Assembly (NCBI GenBank): GCA_963668025.2 | Contig: CAXXTH010000017.1 | Location: forward strand, 1,152,001 to 1,216,000 | From: Candidatus Hydrogenedentota bacterium | Lineage (GTDB): Bacteria; Hydrogenedentota; Hydrogenedentia; Hydrogenedentales; SLHB01 | Length of the DNA: 64,000 bases | Direction: 5' to 3' | Part shown: one piece after another, positions 39,658-49,786 of the stretch | Layout: each line of letters opens with the position of its first letter | Position numbering within the stretch: position 1 is the stretch's first letter | Translations under genes and position numbers: made by a program | Notes under the pieces: generated by a model | What the model saw: only the letters and a program-made list of their open reading frames with translations | Told to the model about the DNA's origin: nothing | Database searches by the model: none

Positions 39658-41117
39658 GCGCCGCCTTCGCGGATGCTTGTGGAGGACACTAAGGTGAGCC
39701 GTGCGTTTTGTTGTAATTCACGAATGTTGAGAGCGCCGCAATTGCACATGGTGGATTTGATCTTCACGACCGACAACGCCACGCTGTCCTTGAGGCGGCC
39801 CGCATAGGGGACGTAAGCGTCCACGCCTTCCTCGAACGACAAATCGTTCTTGCCGCCCATGTCATACCGCTGCCAATTGCGGGCGCGGTTCGAGCCTTCA
39901 CCCCAATACTCTTTCATGATGCGCCCGCCCACCCAGAGCTTGCGGCCTGGGCTTTCATCGAACCGGGCGAAATAGCGGCCCTGCATGACGAAATCCGCGC
40001 CCATGGCGAGCGCCAGCACGACGTGGTAGTCATGCAAGATGCCGCCATCCGAGCAAATCGGCACATATTCGCCGGTTTCTTGCAGGTATTGATCGCGGGC
40101 CTTGGCTACTTCGATGACCGCCGTGGCCTGGCCGCGCCCGATGCCTTTTTGCTCGCGGGTGATGCAAATCGAGCCGGGGCCGATGCCTACCTTGACGAAA
40201 TCCGCGCCCGCGTTGGCGAGGTAGCGGAAGCCTTGGTCATCTACTACGTTTCCCGCGCCTACTTTTGCCCTCGGGCCGAAGATTTCTTTGATGTAGCGGA
40301 TGGTATCGGCTTGCCATTCGGAAAAACCGTCCGAAGAGTCGATGCATAAAATATCCACGCCTGCTTCGAGCAAGGCGGGCACACGTTCTTTATAATCGCG
40401 TGAGTTGATGCCCGCGCCCACCATGAGCCGCTTTTCCACGTCCACGAGCTCTTCGGGATTTTGCCGGTGCTCCTCGTAATCTTTGCGGAAAACCAGATAG
40501 AGCAGTTTTTGGTCGTTGCTGATGATGGGAAGGCAGTTCAGTTTGTGCTCCCAGATCAGCTCATTCGCTTCCGTGAGGCTTTGGCCTTCTTTGCCGTAAA
40601 AGAGTTTTGAGAAGGGCGTCATAATCTCGCGCACGGGCGTGCTCAAATCCGATTTGTGGGGCCGGAAATCGCGCCCGGTGAGAATGCCCAGCAGCGTGCC
40701 GTTGGGCGTGCCATCGTCCGTGATGGGAATGGTCGAATGCCCCGTGCGCTCGATGGTGGCCACCACATCCTCGAGCGTGCTATCGGGCCGGAGATTCGCG
40801 TTGCTGATGACGAAGCCCGCCTTGAATTTTTTCACGCGCCGCACCATCTCCGCTTGGCTCTCGATGGGCTGGGAGGAATAGATAAAGGAAATACCGCCGC
40901 TACGCGCCAGCTCGATGGCCATGACATCATTGGATACCGCCTGCATGATGGACGATGCGAACGGGATATTCAGGCGCAACGGCTCTTCGTTTTCCCGGTA
41001 GCGGGTGAAGGGGCTGCGCAAATCCACATTCCCGGGCGTATGTTCTTTGCGGGTCTCATTCGGAATTAACAGGTATTCCGAAAATGTGCGCGAAGGCTCG
41101 TCGTAGATAAATGCCAT
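39612..41117 (-). CDS. guaB: IMP dehydrogenase with CBS pair
   Basis: [42 protein letters not shown]. Confidence 0.97.
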   Translation of the reverse strand: MAFIYDEPSRTFSEYLLIPNETRKEHTPGNVDLRSPFTRYRENEEPLRLNIPFASSIMQAVSNDVMAIELARSGGISFIYSSQPIESQAEMVRRVKKFKAGFVISNANLRPDSTLEDVVATIERTGHSTIPITDDGTPNGTLLGILTGRDFRPHKSDLSTPVREIMTPFSKLFYGKEGQSLTEANELIWEHKLNCLPIISNDQKLLYLVFRKDYEEHRQNPEELVDVEKRLMVGAGINSRDYKERVPALLEAGVDILCIDSSDGFSEWQADTIRYIKEIFGPRAKVGAGNVVDDQGFRYLANAGADFVKVGIGPGSICITREQKGIGRGQATAVIEVAKARDQYLQETGEYVPICSDGGILHDYHVVLALAMGADFVMQGRYFARFDESPGRKLWVGGRIMKEYWGEGSNRARNWQRYDMGGKNDLSFEEGVDAYVPYAGRLKDSVALSVVKIKSTMCNCGALNIRELQQNARLTLVSSTSIREGGAHDVLLKERDAGTEQ

Positions 41118-41237
41118 CCGATGCTCCCTTGCAAGTGCATGCCATGGGGCCATTGTTCCCATTTACGGAGGATATGCGCCTCCCGCTGGGGCGGAATGGG
41201 CTTTTCCCGCGTAAATGATTCCGTCTTGTAATCAACC

Positions 41238-41267
41238 AGAATATGGGATTTCGGAGTGTGCTGTCAA
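41238..41267 (-). promoter_or_regulatory. Sigma70-type promoter for guaB
   Basis: TTGACA-N18-TATTCT. Confidence 0.5.
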
Positions 41268-41474
41268 ATTTATTTGGAAATTATCCTGAAAACGGTGATT
41301 TTCGGCCTATATTTCAGTACAGTATGGGCGTTGCGCGTGTATCCGGCGCTATCGGATTCCGGGCCAATCCTATGGATAGAGATATTCATGCGCGGTTTGG
41401 CTTTGATCATGATGTGAATATCATTGGGCGGTTCCGTTACAGTGGCGGCTTCCCATCGGAAAGAAGGAAATGAA

Positions 41475-42428
41475 ATGAGCGAATATCGCTATGTATTTGG
41501 CCCCGTATTATCCAGGCGGCTGGGCCGCTCGCTGGGGATCGATTTGATCCCATTTAAAACGTGTACGTTTGATTGCATCTATTGCCAATTGGGTTGCACG
41601 ACGGTTCATACGGCGGAACGGCGGGAGTATGCGCCGCTCGATGAGGTGTTCGCTGAACTCGAACGCAAGCTGGCGGAGGGCCCGCGTCCGGATTACATCA
41701 CCCTTGCGGGCTCGGGCGAACCTACGCTGCATGTTGGGCTGGGACGCTTCATTGAAGGGGCCAAACAGCGCGCGGATATCCCTGTTGCGGTCATTACCAA
41801 CGCTTCGCTCGTGGGCGGCGTGGTGGTGCGCCGCGAGTTGCTCGAGGCGGATCTATTGATTCCCTCACTGGATGCGGGCACTCCGGAAACTTTTGCGCGG
41901 CTCAACCGTCCTCATGCGGATGTGGCGTATGAAAGCATCGTGGATGGTTTGGAGGCGTTGCGCGCGGAATACCAAGGGCTGATTTGGCTCGAGGTCTTGC
42001 TGGTGCGTGGGATAAACGATTCGGAGGAGGAAGTGCGCCAGATCGCCGGGCATGCTCGGCGCATTCGGCCTGACCGCATCCAGCTCACGACGGTCGTCCG
42101 GCCCGCAATGGCCTCGGAAGTCCTGCCGGTCGAGGCTGCCGAACTCGAACGCCTGGGCGCAATACTGCGGGAAGCAGCGGAATCGTATGGCGGCATCGCC
42201 GAAGTCGTGGCGGCATATTCCGGCGGCGGGAGTGAACAAGCTGGTGATTCCAGCCCCGAGGATGTATATGCCTTGCTGCTCCGCCACCCCTGCTCGATGG
42301 ATGGCGTGGCCCAAGGTTTGGGCTTGCATCCCAACGTGGCGCTCAAGCATATTGCCCGCCTGCTCGAGGCCGGGCGCATCACCGCCGAGCGCCTCGCAGG
42401 CGAAGTGATGTATAGGGCGATGAAATGA
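41475..42428 (+). CDS. Radical SAM protein (TYW1-like/uncharacterised) with C-terminal winged-helix-like domain
   Basis: VFGPV.SRRLGRSLG, CTFDCIYC, GSGEPTL. Confidence 0.88.
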   Translation: MSEYRYVFGPVLSRRLGRSLGIDLIPFKTCTFDCIYCQLGCTTVHTAERREYAPLDEVFAELERKLAEGPRPDYITLAGSGEPTLHVGLGRFIEGAKQRADIPVAVITNASLVGGVVVRRELLEADLLIPSLDAGTPETFARLNRPHADVAYESIVDGLEALRAEYQGLIWLEVLLVRGINDSEEEVRQIAGHARRIRPDRIQLTTVVRPAMASEVLPVEAAELERLGAILREAAESYGGIAEVVAAYSGGGSEQAGDSSPEDVYALLLRHPCSMDGVAQGLGLHPNVALKHIARLLEAGRITAERLAGEVMYRAMK

Positions 42429-42486
42429 AGATCTGACGGATCCGTCGGATCCGACGGATCATGATTATAAGGGAAGCGAGTAAAGC

Positions 42487-44343
42487 ATGAACGAAGTAGA
42501 AGTGTTGTTTGAGCCCGAGGGGATCCGGGTGCGTGTGCCAGCGGGTACGCTTCTTAGCAAAGCGGCAGTGCTGGCGGGCATCGCCATTGACATGCCCTGC
42601 GGCGGAAAAGGCGGATGCGGCAAATGCCGGGTGCAAATCATTGGCCATGCGCCGGACGCCTCGGCGGAAGACTTGAAATCATTTGGCGCCAAAGATATCG
42701 AGCAAGGCATGCGCCTGGCCTGCCAGACGCCTGTTCATATGCCCATGACGGTCGTGGTTCCCCATAATTCCCGTCTTACGGAGACGAGCCAAATCCTGGG
42801 CAGCGCGGGCGGCATCCATGACGTGTCGGAAGCGCAAGATCCGCCCATATGGAAGCGGTATGTCCGCCTGAATGCGCCCACGCTCGAGGATGACCGCGCG
42901 GATATCGAGCGCCTGCTCGATGCGATTGGCCCTTGTGAGGTTCGCCTGGAAATGGCGCGTTTATTGCCTGGTAAGCTGCGAAAACAAGGCTTCCGTGGCA
43001 CGGCGGTGCTCTCGGAACGTTATCTGCTCGATTTCGAGGAGGATAACACCGAGCCGGAATGCTATGGCGTGGCGTTTGACTTGGGCACGACGACGCTGGT
43101 GGGCGTGTTGCTCGATCTCGCCACGGGCCGGGAGATCGCCTCCGCTTCGCGCATGAATCCACAGACGCAATACGGCGATGACGTGTTGTCGCGGATCCAG
43201 CGGGCGCGCGATGAATCGGGCGGGCTCGAGGAGCTCCACGGCATCATGCGCGACGCCTTGAACGCGATGATCGCGGAATTGTCGGAGAAAGCATCCATTC
43301 GCACGGAACGCATCTACGAGGCCACCTTCGCGGGCAACACGACCATGCAGCATTTCCTGGCGTGCATCCCGCCCAATGCGCTGGGCGAGATCCCCTTTGC
43401 GCCCGCCTTCCGCCGTTCGCTTCTGTTTCCCGCCAGCAAGATCGGCATGGAAATCCATCCGCGCGGCTGTGTCGTGGTGTTTCCGGTCATTGGCGGATTC
43501 GTGGGCGGCGACACCGTGGCGGGCATACTCGTCACGGGGATCGCGGAGGCGGCCAAGCCTACGCTGTTCGTCGATATCGGCACGAACGGCGAGTTGGTGG
43601 TGAAACACGGGGATATCCTGCTGAGCGCTTCGACGGCGGCGGGGCCTGCTTTCGAGGGGGCCAACATCAAGCACGGCATGCGCGCCATGAGTGGGGCTAT
43701 CGAGCAAATCGTGCTTGATGGCGATGTGCATTACAAAGTGATCGGCGGCGCGAAACCCGTGGGGCTGTGCGGCTCGGCCCTGATCGACATCACCGCCGAA
43801 TTGCTCCGCAAGGGGATTTTGTCGTATCACGGCCTCTTGTTGTCGGGAGATGAACTTCCTGCGGATTTACCGCCTCGACTGCTCGATCGGGTGATAATGG
43901 GCGAAGACGGCCCCGAATTCGTGGTGGCGCTGGAATCCGAAAGCGGCACAGGCGCGCCCGTTACCGTGACGCACCGCGATTTCCGTTCACTCCAACTGGG
44001 CACGGGTGCGATCCGCACCGGCATCGCGATCTTGCTCAAGCAGGCCGGGCTTACTCCCGCCGAACTCGACCGGGTTTATGTGGCGGGCGCATTCGGAAAC
44101 TACATCCGCCCGCACAACGCCCAGCGCATGGGGCTGCTGCCCTTCAACGTCGAGCTGCCGCGCGTCTCGTTCGTGGGCAACACGTCGCTGGCGGGGGCGC
44201 GCCGTGTGGCGACTTCACGGACAGCGCGCCAGCGTGCGGAGGAACTGGCGTTCCTGGCCAAGCACGTCGAGCTTTCCCGCGATCCCAACTTCCAGATGGA
44301 ATACATGGAGGCGATGTTTTTTCCTATGGAAGAGCCGGTATAA
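42487..44343 (+). CDS. ASKHA-domain reductive activator of corrinoid proteins (RACo/DUF4445) with N-terminal 2Fe-2S
   Basis: CGGKGGCGKC, RLACQ, DLGTTT, DIGTNGE, AAGPAFEG, AGAFG. Confidence 0.92.
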   Translation: MNEVEVLFEPEGIRVRVPAGTLLSKAAVLAGIAIDMPCGGKGGCGKCRVQIIGHAPDASAEDLKSFGAKDIEQGMRLACQTPVHMPMTVVVPHNSRLTETSQILGSAGGIHDVSEAQDPPIWKRYVRLNAPTLEDDRADIERLLDAIGPCEVRLEMARLLPGKLRKQGFRGTAVLSERYLLDFEEDNTEPECYGVAFDLGTTTLVGVLLDLATGREIASASRMNPQTQYGDDVLSRIQRARDESGGLEELHGIMRDALNAMIAELSEKASIRTERIYEATFAGNTTMQHFLACIPPNALGEIPFAPAFRRSLLFPASKIGMEIHPRGCVVVFPVIGGFVGGDTVAGILVTGIAEAAKPTLFVDIGTNGELVVKHGDILLSASTAAGPAFEGANIKHGMRAMSGAIEQIVLDGDVHYKVIGGAKPVGLCGSALIDITAELLRKGILSYHGLLLSGDELPADLPPRLLDRVIMGEDGPEFVVALESESGTGAPVTVTHRDFRSLQLGTGAIRTGIAILLKQAGLTPAELDRVYVAGAFGNYIRPHNAQRMGLLPFNVELPRVSFVGNTSLAGARRVATSRTARQRAEELAFLAKHVELSRDPNFQMEYMEAMFFPMEEPV

Positions 44344-44361
44344 CCGGGAGGCGGATGCCAA

Positions 44362-45579
44362 TTACTCGTGCGGAGCAGTGGGCTGGGATTCGAGGCAGAG
44401 CCAGGAATCACCGTGCTTAAATATGATGGATTCGGGCCAATCGAGCAGCGCCTCGAGTTCCGGCTCGGAGGCCAGGAGGGCTTTCCACTCGCTGGAATCG
44501 CGCCGTAACGCCGTACAGGTTTCACCGGCATACCCTGCTTGCCGCCATACGCCGCCATGCCACTCAAAGAGCCGCGAGCCTGCCGTGCGCGGGCTTGCGA
44601 TGGAAGATGCATCATCTTTAGAGCTACCGCCGAGGTTTTGAGGCAGATCTTTTATCTCTGATGCGGCGGACATGGATTCCATGCGTTTGCGCGTGTTCTC
44701 GTCTTCCGCGCCGACGCCTGCCGCTTTGCTTGCCTTCTCGCCTACAACCACGGTGTTTTGGACTTCATACAGATAGTCGCGCGGTTTGGCTGTGGCCTGC
44801 GGTACGGCTTCCATGGATTCTGGTTTCAACTCAGCGGCGGATGGCGCTGGACTGGCTGCTGCTACAGGCGGGCTGGCGGGAGGTGCGGCAGCGGATTCTT
44901 TTTCATTTTCAAGATATGCCTGCCCAGCATGCACCTTATATGATTTCAAATCCAGCTCGGATTGGGGAATTCTCTGTAGCGGCTGGGCAGGCTCCAATTC
45001 TGCTTGAGGTTCGCCGCGAGAGGTGAGAGCACCGCCAGCGCAGGATATGTTTTCGTTAGTCTTTGCCACTCGTCTGTCTGCATCAACAGTTGTAACGGCA
45101 TCCGCGGCGACGGCCTCGTCTGGCGCTGGCTCACTAAGGGGCATGCCGGGTTTATTTTCCTCCGTTTTTTCGCAGATAACGGAGTATCTTCCTAATGCTT
45201 CCTGCGGTTTCCCACTCGCCGCCATTTCCCGCTTCGCTGCTTGCCTGCCGCCCATCGAGGAGGGGAGCATTATGATTCCCGCTACGATAAGCAGCGCCGC
45301 CGCCGCGGCTATTGGAAGCGCTATGCGCCACACACGCCGATGGAGCGCCGCTGGGCGCTGGGCCGCTTCGATGCGCGCCCGCACGTCATCGGCGAAGCCT
45401 TCCGGGGCGGCCATCGGGGAAAGGGAGCGGTAGAGTTGATCCACCCGGCGCAGGGCGTCCAGTTCCGCACGCGCCTCCGGGTCCGCCTCGATACGCTCCT
45501 CCAGGATGCGGCGCTGCTCCGGCTCGAGTTCATCATCGAGCAGCGGGGATAGCTCTTCTCGAATGTCATCCGTATCCAT
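44362..45579 (-). CDS. Anti-sigma factor (degenerate zf-HC2-like N-terminus, one TM, long extracytoplasmic region)
   Basis: ELSPLLDDEL…, TM segment AAAAALLIV; lies directly after the ECF sigma gene. Confidence 0.8.
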   Translation of the reverse strand: MDTDDIREELSPLLDDELEPEQRRILEERIEADPEARAELDALRRVDQLYRSLSPMAAPEGFADDVRARIEAAQRPAALHRRVWRIALPIAAAAALLIVAGIIMLPSSMGGRQAAKREMAASGKPQEALGRYSVICEKTEENKPGMPLSEPAPDEAVAADAVTTVDADRRVAKTNENISCAGGALTSRGEPQAELEPAQPLQRIPQSELDLKSYKVHAGQAYLENEKESAAAPPASPPVAAASPAPSAAELKPESMEAVPQATAKPRDYLYEVQNTVVVGEKASKAAGVGAEDENTRKRMESMSAASEIKDLPQNLGGSSKDDASSIASPRTAGSRLFEWHGGVWRQAGYAGETCTALRRDSSEWKALLASEPELEALLDWPESIIFKHGDSWLCLESQPTAPHE

Positions 45580-45582
45580 GGC

Positions 45583-46230
45583 TCACAAAACCGCCAGGGC
45601 CTCCAATCGCTCACGCAGCAGGCGACGGGCCTGGTTGAGGCGCGATTTCACCGTACCCGCCGGACATTCCATCACGGCGGCGATTTCTTCATAACTCAAA
45701 TTCTCGAATATGCGCAACACAAACGCTTCGCGGCACGCCTCGGGCAAGTGCATCAACGCGCCATGCAATATATCGCTCAATTCGCCTGCGGAGGCCGTAT
45801 CAGCGGGAGAAGGCAGCGGCGATGCGGCCATTGCGGCCACGGCAGGCGCATCCGTTGAAATGGCGTCTAAAGGAACGCCCATGTTTCGCCCTTTGCGCGA
45901 ACGGTTGCGCAAGTGGTTCCGGGCCATGTTCACGGCGATGCGGTACAGCCACGTCGAGAACTGGGCGTCGCCCCGGAAGCCATTCAGGCTTTGATAGGCG
46001 CGCACAAACACCTCCTGTGCCACGTCCAGGGCGTCCTCGCGGTTTCCCACGAGCCGGTAGGCGGCGTGGCAGATGCGGTCCTGGTGCCGCCGCACCAGGA
46101 TATCGAATGCGTGCGACTCTCCTTCACGGCATTGTTCCACCAATGCCGCGTCAGAGATGGCGTTTGTATCTGGTGCGGCTGCCACCGGCTGCTGTTGCCC
46201 GGCCTCTCTATGTAGTGGGGCTTGTCCCAC
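45583..46230 (-). CDS. ECF RNA polymerase sigma factor
   Basis: DALDVAQEVF, FSTWLYRIAVN, SYEEIA…GTVKSRL. Confidence 0.93.
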   Translation of the reverse strand: MGQAPLHREAGQQQPVAAAPDTNAISDAALVEQCREGESHAFDILVRRHQDRICHAAYRLVGNREDALDVAQEVFVRAYQSLNGFRGDAQFSTWLYRIAVNMARNHLRNRSRKGRNMGVPLDAISTDAPAVAAMAASPLPSPADTASAGELSDILHGALMHLPEACREAFVLRIFENLSYEEIAAVMECPAGTVKSRLNQARRLLRERLEALAVL

Positions 46231-46247
46231 TGGCTACTTCCACCTTG

Positions 46248-46275
46248 TTAGACCCCATCGCCTCACTTGAGTTCG
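46248..46275 (-). promoter_or_regulatory. ECF autoregulatory promoter
   Basis: CGAAC-N17-GTCTAA just upstream of the sigma gene. Confidence 0.65.
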
Positions 46276-46284
46276 GACTGTCTT

Positions 46285-47193
46285 TCACCGCGAAGCGCGG
46301 GCGGCTATCTGCGTGACGAGCGGCATGCCCGCGTCAGGCTCGGCCAATCCGGCGATTCCCACCAGGCATGCCCCGGCTTGCTGCACCACCAGGCCCTTAT
46401 AGAGCGGATCGCGCGTGACGGCGCGGCCTTCGGCTTGATCGGCGTCTGTACCTAGCGGCAGTTTTTTCTCCCGCAGGTAGGCGCGGTAGGCGTCCAGCCC
46501 TGCTTTCGCCGCCGCCGCATCCGCGTACAATACGACAAACACCCGCGCATCCGCCTCGCCAACCCGAGCATCCGCCGTCATGCCGCGCGGGAAAAAGGCG
46601 TATCCCAACACGCTCTTGGCGAGATAGCGTTCCGTGCCGGGCGTTACGCCGTCTACTTGGAGCATATCCAATTCGGGTGGGCGCGCCGCTTTTGGGAGGC
46701 GCATGCTAATGGCCTTGGCGCATTGTTGTAAAGCGTCTTGGGCGCTTGCATCCGCCGTGGCAGCGTATAGCCGGACAAAGTATTCGCCCTGATAGAACAT
46801 GAGTTGCTGTTCCGAAGCGAAGCCTTCCGCGCCTACCGCCACCGGCTGTTGTGTGGATGAGCGGTAATTCGAGTAGACGCCGAACGCATCCAATGCCGAA
46901 CCCATCTGGTACACATCGGCGTTTATCCGCATGGACGGTTCAGCGGCGCGTTCATACGCCGCAACGCGCGCCTCTTTGAATCCATACGGCATGTACAGAT
47001 CCGCTTCCCCGTCAATGTAGTTGAAGAGATTCTCGGGCGTGTATGTCTTGATGCCTTCGGGTGCGGCCCAGCCCTCCGCGAATCCCGGCAACGGCAGCCA
47101 TTGGCCATCGGATACAGCGGCTGGGTTTGTTGCGCAGCCAGCTAGGGCTGTGGCGCACGCCACGGCTGTGCATAATAAAATCAGGTGTTTCAT
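46285..47193 (-). CDS. Lipoprotein, DUF6599-like
   Basis: Lipobox LAGC; LFNYIDGEA..Y..YGF and AFGVYS motifs. Confidence 0.7.
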   Translation of the reverse strand: MKHLILLCTAVACATALAGCATNPAAVSDGQWLPLPGFAEGWAAPEGIKTYTPENLFNYIDGEADLYMPYGFKEARVAAYERAAEPSMRINADVYQMGSALDAFGVYSNYRSSTQQPVAVGAEGFASEQQLMFYQGEYFVRLYAATADASAQDALQQCAKAISMRLPKAARPPELDMLQVDGVTPGTERYLAKSVLGYAFFPRGMTADARVGEADARVFVVLYADAAAAKAGLDAYRAYLREKKLPLGTDADQAEGRAVTRDPLYKGLVVQQAGACLVGIAGLAEPDAGMPLVTQIAARASR

Positions 47194-47214
47194 AACACTC
47201 CTTAGAGGCCGGGA

Positions 47215-48399
47215 TTATGCAAACAGCGCCCGAGCCGTGTTCATCCGTTCCCCGATGCAAAGCCCATGGATACACTGGGCCACACAGGTGTCGCACTCCC
47301 CGCATATAACCGGGCTGGCGTTCAGCGGAATCCCGTGGTATGTGGCGCTCGCCAGGCGCATATCGCCATACCCTTCCGCATACATCAAGCTGCGGTGGGC
47401 CGTCTTGATATCCACGCCAAGGGGGCACGTGCCGTTACACCCGCCGCAGCGTTTACAGTAGACCGAACTAATGGCCTGGGCGTATTGCATCAGCACTTGC
47501 GATTCGATGCGCGTCAGTTTCAAATCATCCATCATGACCGCCACATCTTCTTCAACCTGCTTGAGGTCCACCATGGACGGGATGGCGCAAGCCACATTTG
47601 TATTCTGAAGCACCCATTTCAACGCCGCCTGATGCGGGCTGATAGCGCCCAATTCCGTTGTCTTATATCCTCCGGCCTGCGTCTTCATTGCGACGATGCC
47701 GATGCCCGCTTTCGCGGCGCGTTCGATGGCTGCGGTATGCTCGGGCGGACTCTCGAAGTTATAGCCCACGAGTACGACATCGTATATTTTGTCCGGATCC
47801 GCCGCCACTGCGTCGAGCACTTCCACATGCCCCTCGTGAGTCGTCACGCCCGCGAAGCGGATCTTGCCTTGTTCCTTGAGTTTGGCCAAGGCTTCCTTCG
47901 CCCTCGGTTCCGCGACGTTGTCTTTGGAGGATATGCCGTGCATTTGCAGGACATCGATATAATCCACCTCAAGGGCTTTCAAGCTTTCTTCGGCGGACTT
48001 GATGGTGGCTTCATATGCATCTGCGCCATTCGAATGCCCGAATTTGGTCGCCACGTAGACCTTGTCCCGGTAGCCTTTCAAGGCCTTGCCTACGATCACT
48101 TCATTTTGCCCGCCCATATAGCCTCGGGCCGTATCCACATAGTTCACCCCTTTCTCGAAGGTGGCTTGTAAAATCGCGGGTTCACTCGTGCCCATTGCGC
48201 CCACGCTGACGATGCTCACCTCGAGCTTGGTGCGGCCTAGCGTGCGGTGTTTAGCTTTGCTGGGCGCGGCGGGTGTGGAGGCTTCTTGCGCCCAAGCGCC
48301 GCCCGCCAAGCCTGAAGCCGCCGTGGCCAGTCCGGCAGCGGAACCGAGTTTGAGAAAGGCTCTTCTGCAGAGTTCATTTGGGTGGGAGGGATCGCTCAT
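47215..48399 (-). CDS. Tat-signal aldo/keto reductase with C-terminal Fe-S Cys cluster
   Basis: RRAFLK, RTLGRT, DTARGY, ATK, C-terminal CxxCxxCxxxC motifs. Confidence 0.88.
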   Translation of the reverse strand: MSDPSHPNELCRRAFLKLGSAAGLATAASGLAGGAWAQEASTPAAPSKAKHRTLGRTKLEVSIVSVGAMGTSEPAILQATFEKGVNYVDTARGYMGGQNEVIVGKALKGYRDKVYVATKFGHSNGADAYEATIKSAEESLKALEVDYIDVLQMHGISSKDNVAEPRAKEALAKLKEQGKIRFAGVTTHEGHVEVLDAVAADPDKIYDVVLVGYNFESPPEHTAAIERAAKAGIGIVAMKTQAGGYKTTELGAISPHQAALKWVLQNTNVACAIPSMVDLKQVEEDVAVMMDDLKLTRIESQVLMQYAQAISSVYCKRCGGCNGTCPLGVDIKTAHRSLMYAEGYGDMRLASATYHGIPLNASPVICGECDTCVAQCIHGLCIGERMNTARALFA

Positions 48400-48641
48400 A
48401 ACCGGTCTCCATCTAATAAGGATAGTGAATTCAGATTGCTGTATGCGCATGCACAGGACATCTCATGCATCTCAAGTCTACGCCCTCACGCCAGCGTGGT
48501 CAATTTGTCTCCAGCCTGGACGCGCCGGAATCAATGGGCATGAAATGAAAAGCGCATGGTAATCCTGCCGGGGGTATTTATGCCGGGTTATTTTCTGTGT
48601 TATCATGAAAGCTATGGGTTGTCGCCACTATGGAGGGAGTA

Positions 48642-49283
48642 ATGTTGCTAGAACTAATCCAAAAAGCTGCTGATGAACTGCGAAACACGGAATCGGGCTG
48701 GGTCACACGGCGAGACGCCGCTGAATTGTTGGGGAAGGCTGCGGCATCGGCGTTGGTGGTGCTGCATGAATGCCGTGATGAAATGGATGTGGATGTGCGC
48801 CGTTCCGTGGATAAAGCCCTTGCCCAGGCCGAAACCATTTTGCGGAGTGCGCCTAAGGAAAGCAGCAAGCATGGGGGGCCCTGCACGCTTGAGGCGCTTG
48901 CCAAAGTGTGCGCCAAACCCGGAGAGCGGGAAGTTAAGCAGAACGGCGAGGGATATGCCATCCAAGTAACGCTCAAGATGGGCCGCAAGCAGACGGTTTT
49001 TCTGGAGCAATTCCGCCGCAGGGATGACTTGGTTTTGATCCGTATTTATACGTATTGCGGCGCATTTTCCGAAGATTCGGCCAAATGGGCCTTGAAAGCC
49101 AACACGAAATTGGCCCAAGGGGCTATCGCTATCGCGGAAAAAGACGGCGAAGAACATTTTGTCATCATGAATTGCTTTTTAGCCAAGGAAGTGTCGCCAG
49201 CCGAAGTCAAGGCTTCCGTAAAAGAGATCGCTTTTTATGGTGATTGGCTGGAGCATAAGCTGAGCGGGATGGATGATTTCTAA
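48642..49283 (+). CDS. HEAT-like repeat + YbjN/T3SS-chaperone-like domain protein
   Basis: RRDAAELLG…DVDVRRSV..AL, then GRKQTV…YTYCG…EIAFYGDWLE. Confidence 0.6.
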   Translation: MLLELIQKAADELRNTESGWVTRRDAAELLGKAAASALVVLHECRDEMDVDVRRSVDKALAQAETILRSAPKESSKHGGPCTLEALAKVCAKPGEREVKQNGEGYAIQVTLKMGRKQTVFLEQFRRRDDLVLIRIYTYCGAFSEDSAKWALKANTKLAQGAIAIAEKDGEEHFVIMNCFLAKEVSPAEVKASVKEIAFYGDWLEHKLSGMDDF

Positions 49284-49786
49284 TGCCCGATACCCCCCAA
49301 TCGGACGCCGCTCGCGCCGTATTGCTCGCTGCATTGCTGGAAGGCAAGGGCGAAGGGGCATGCCTTGAGGGGGTGGATCTGTCGGGCATGCGTCTTTCCG
49401 GCGTATGCCTGGCCCACGCGAATTTGCGCCATGCGCATCTTCGCGGCGTGCTGCTGGATTTTGCGAATTTGCGCCAAGCGGATTTATGTGGCGCGGACCT
49501 CGAATTCGCCGTGTTGGGCGGGGCCGATTTGACCCAGGCCAATCTGGCGGATGCGAATATGAAACGATGCAATCTGGTGGGCGTAAAAGCTTCCGAAGCG
49601 GATTTTCGCGGTGCGGACCTTTACTATGCGCGCACCGGCAATGGCGATTTCCACAAAGCGGATTTTCGGAACGCGCATATCGAGCGGACGATATTCCGCC
49701 GCGCCAATTTGTCAGGAGCTGATATGCGGGGGGCGACAGGCTCGCCCATTCTCGATCGGGCGAATCTGGATGGAGCGCTGCGATGA
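49283..49786 (+). CDS. Pentapeptide repeat protein
   Basis: Tandem A(D/N)L/F-x-x repeats. Confidence 0.9.
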   Translation: MPDTPQSDAARAVLLAALLEGKGEGACLEGVDLSGMRLSGVCLAHANLRHAHLRGVLLDFANLRQADLCGADLEFAVLGGADLTQANLADANMKRCNLVGVKASEADFRGADLYYARTGNGDFHKADFRNAHIERTIFRRANLSGADMRGATGSPILDRANLDGALR

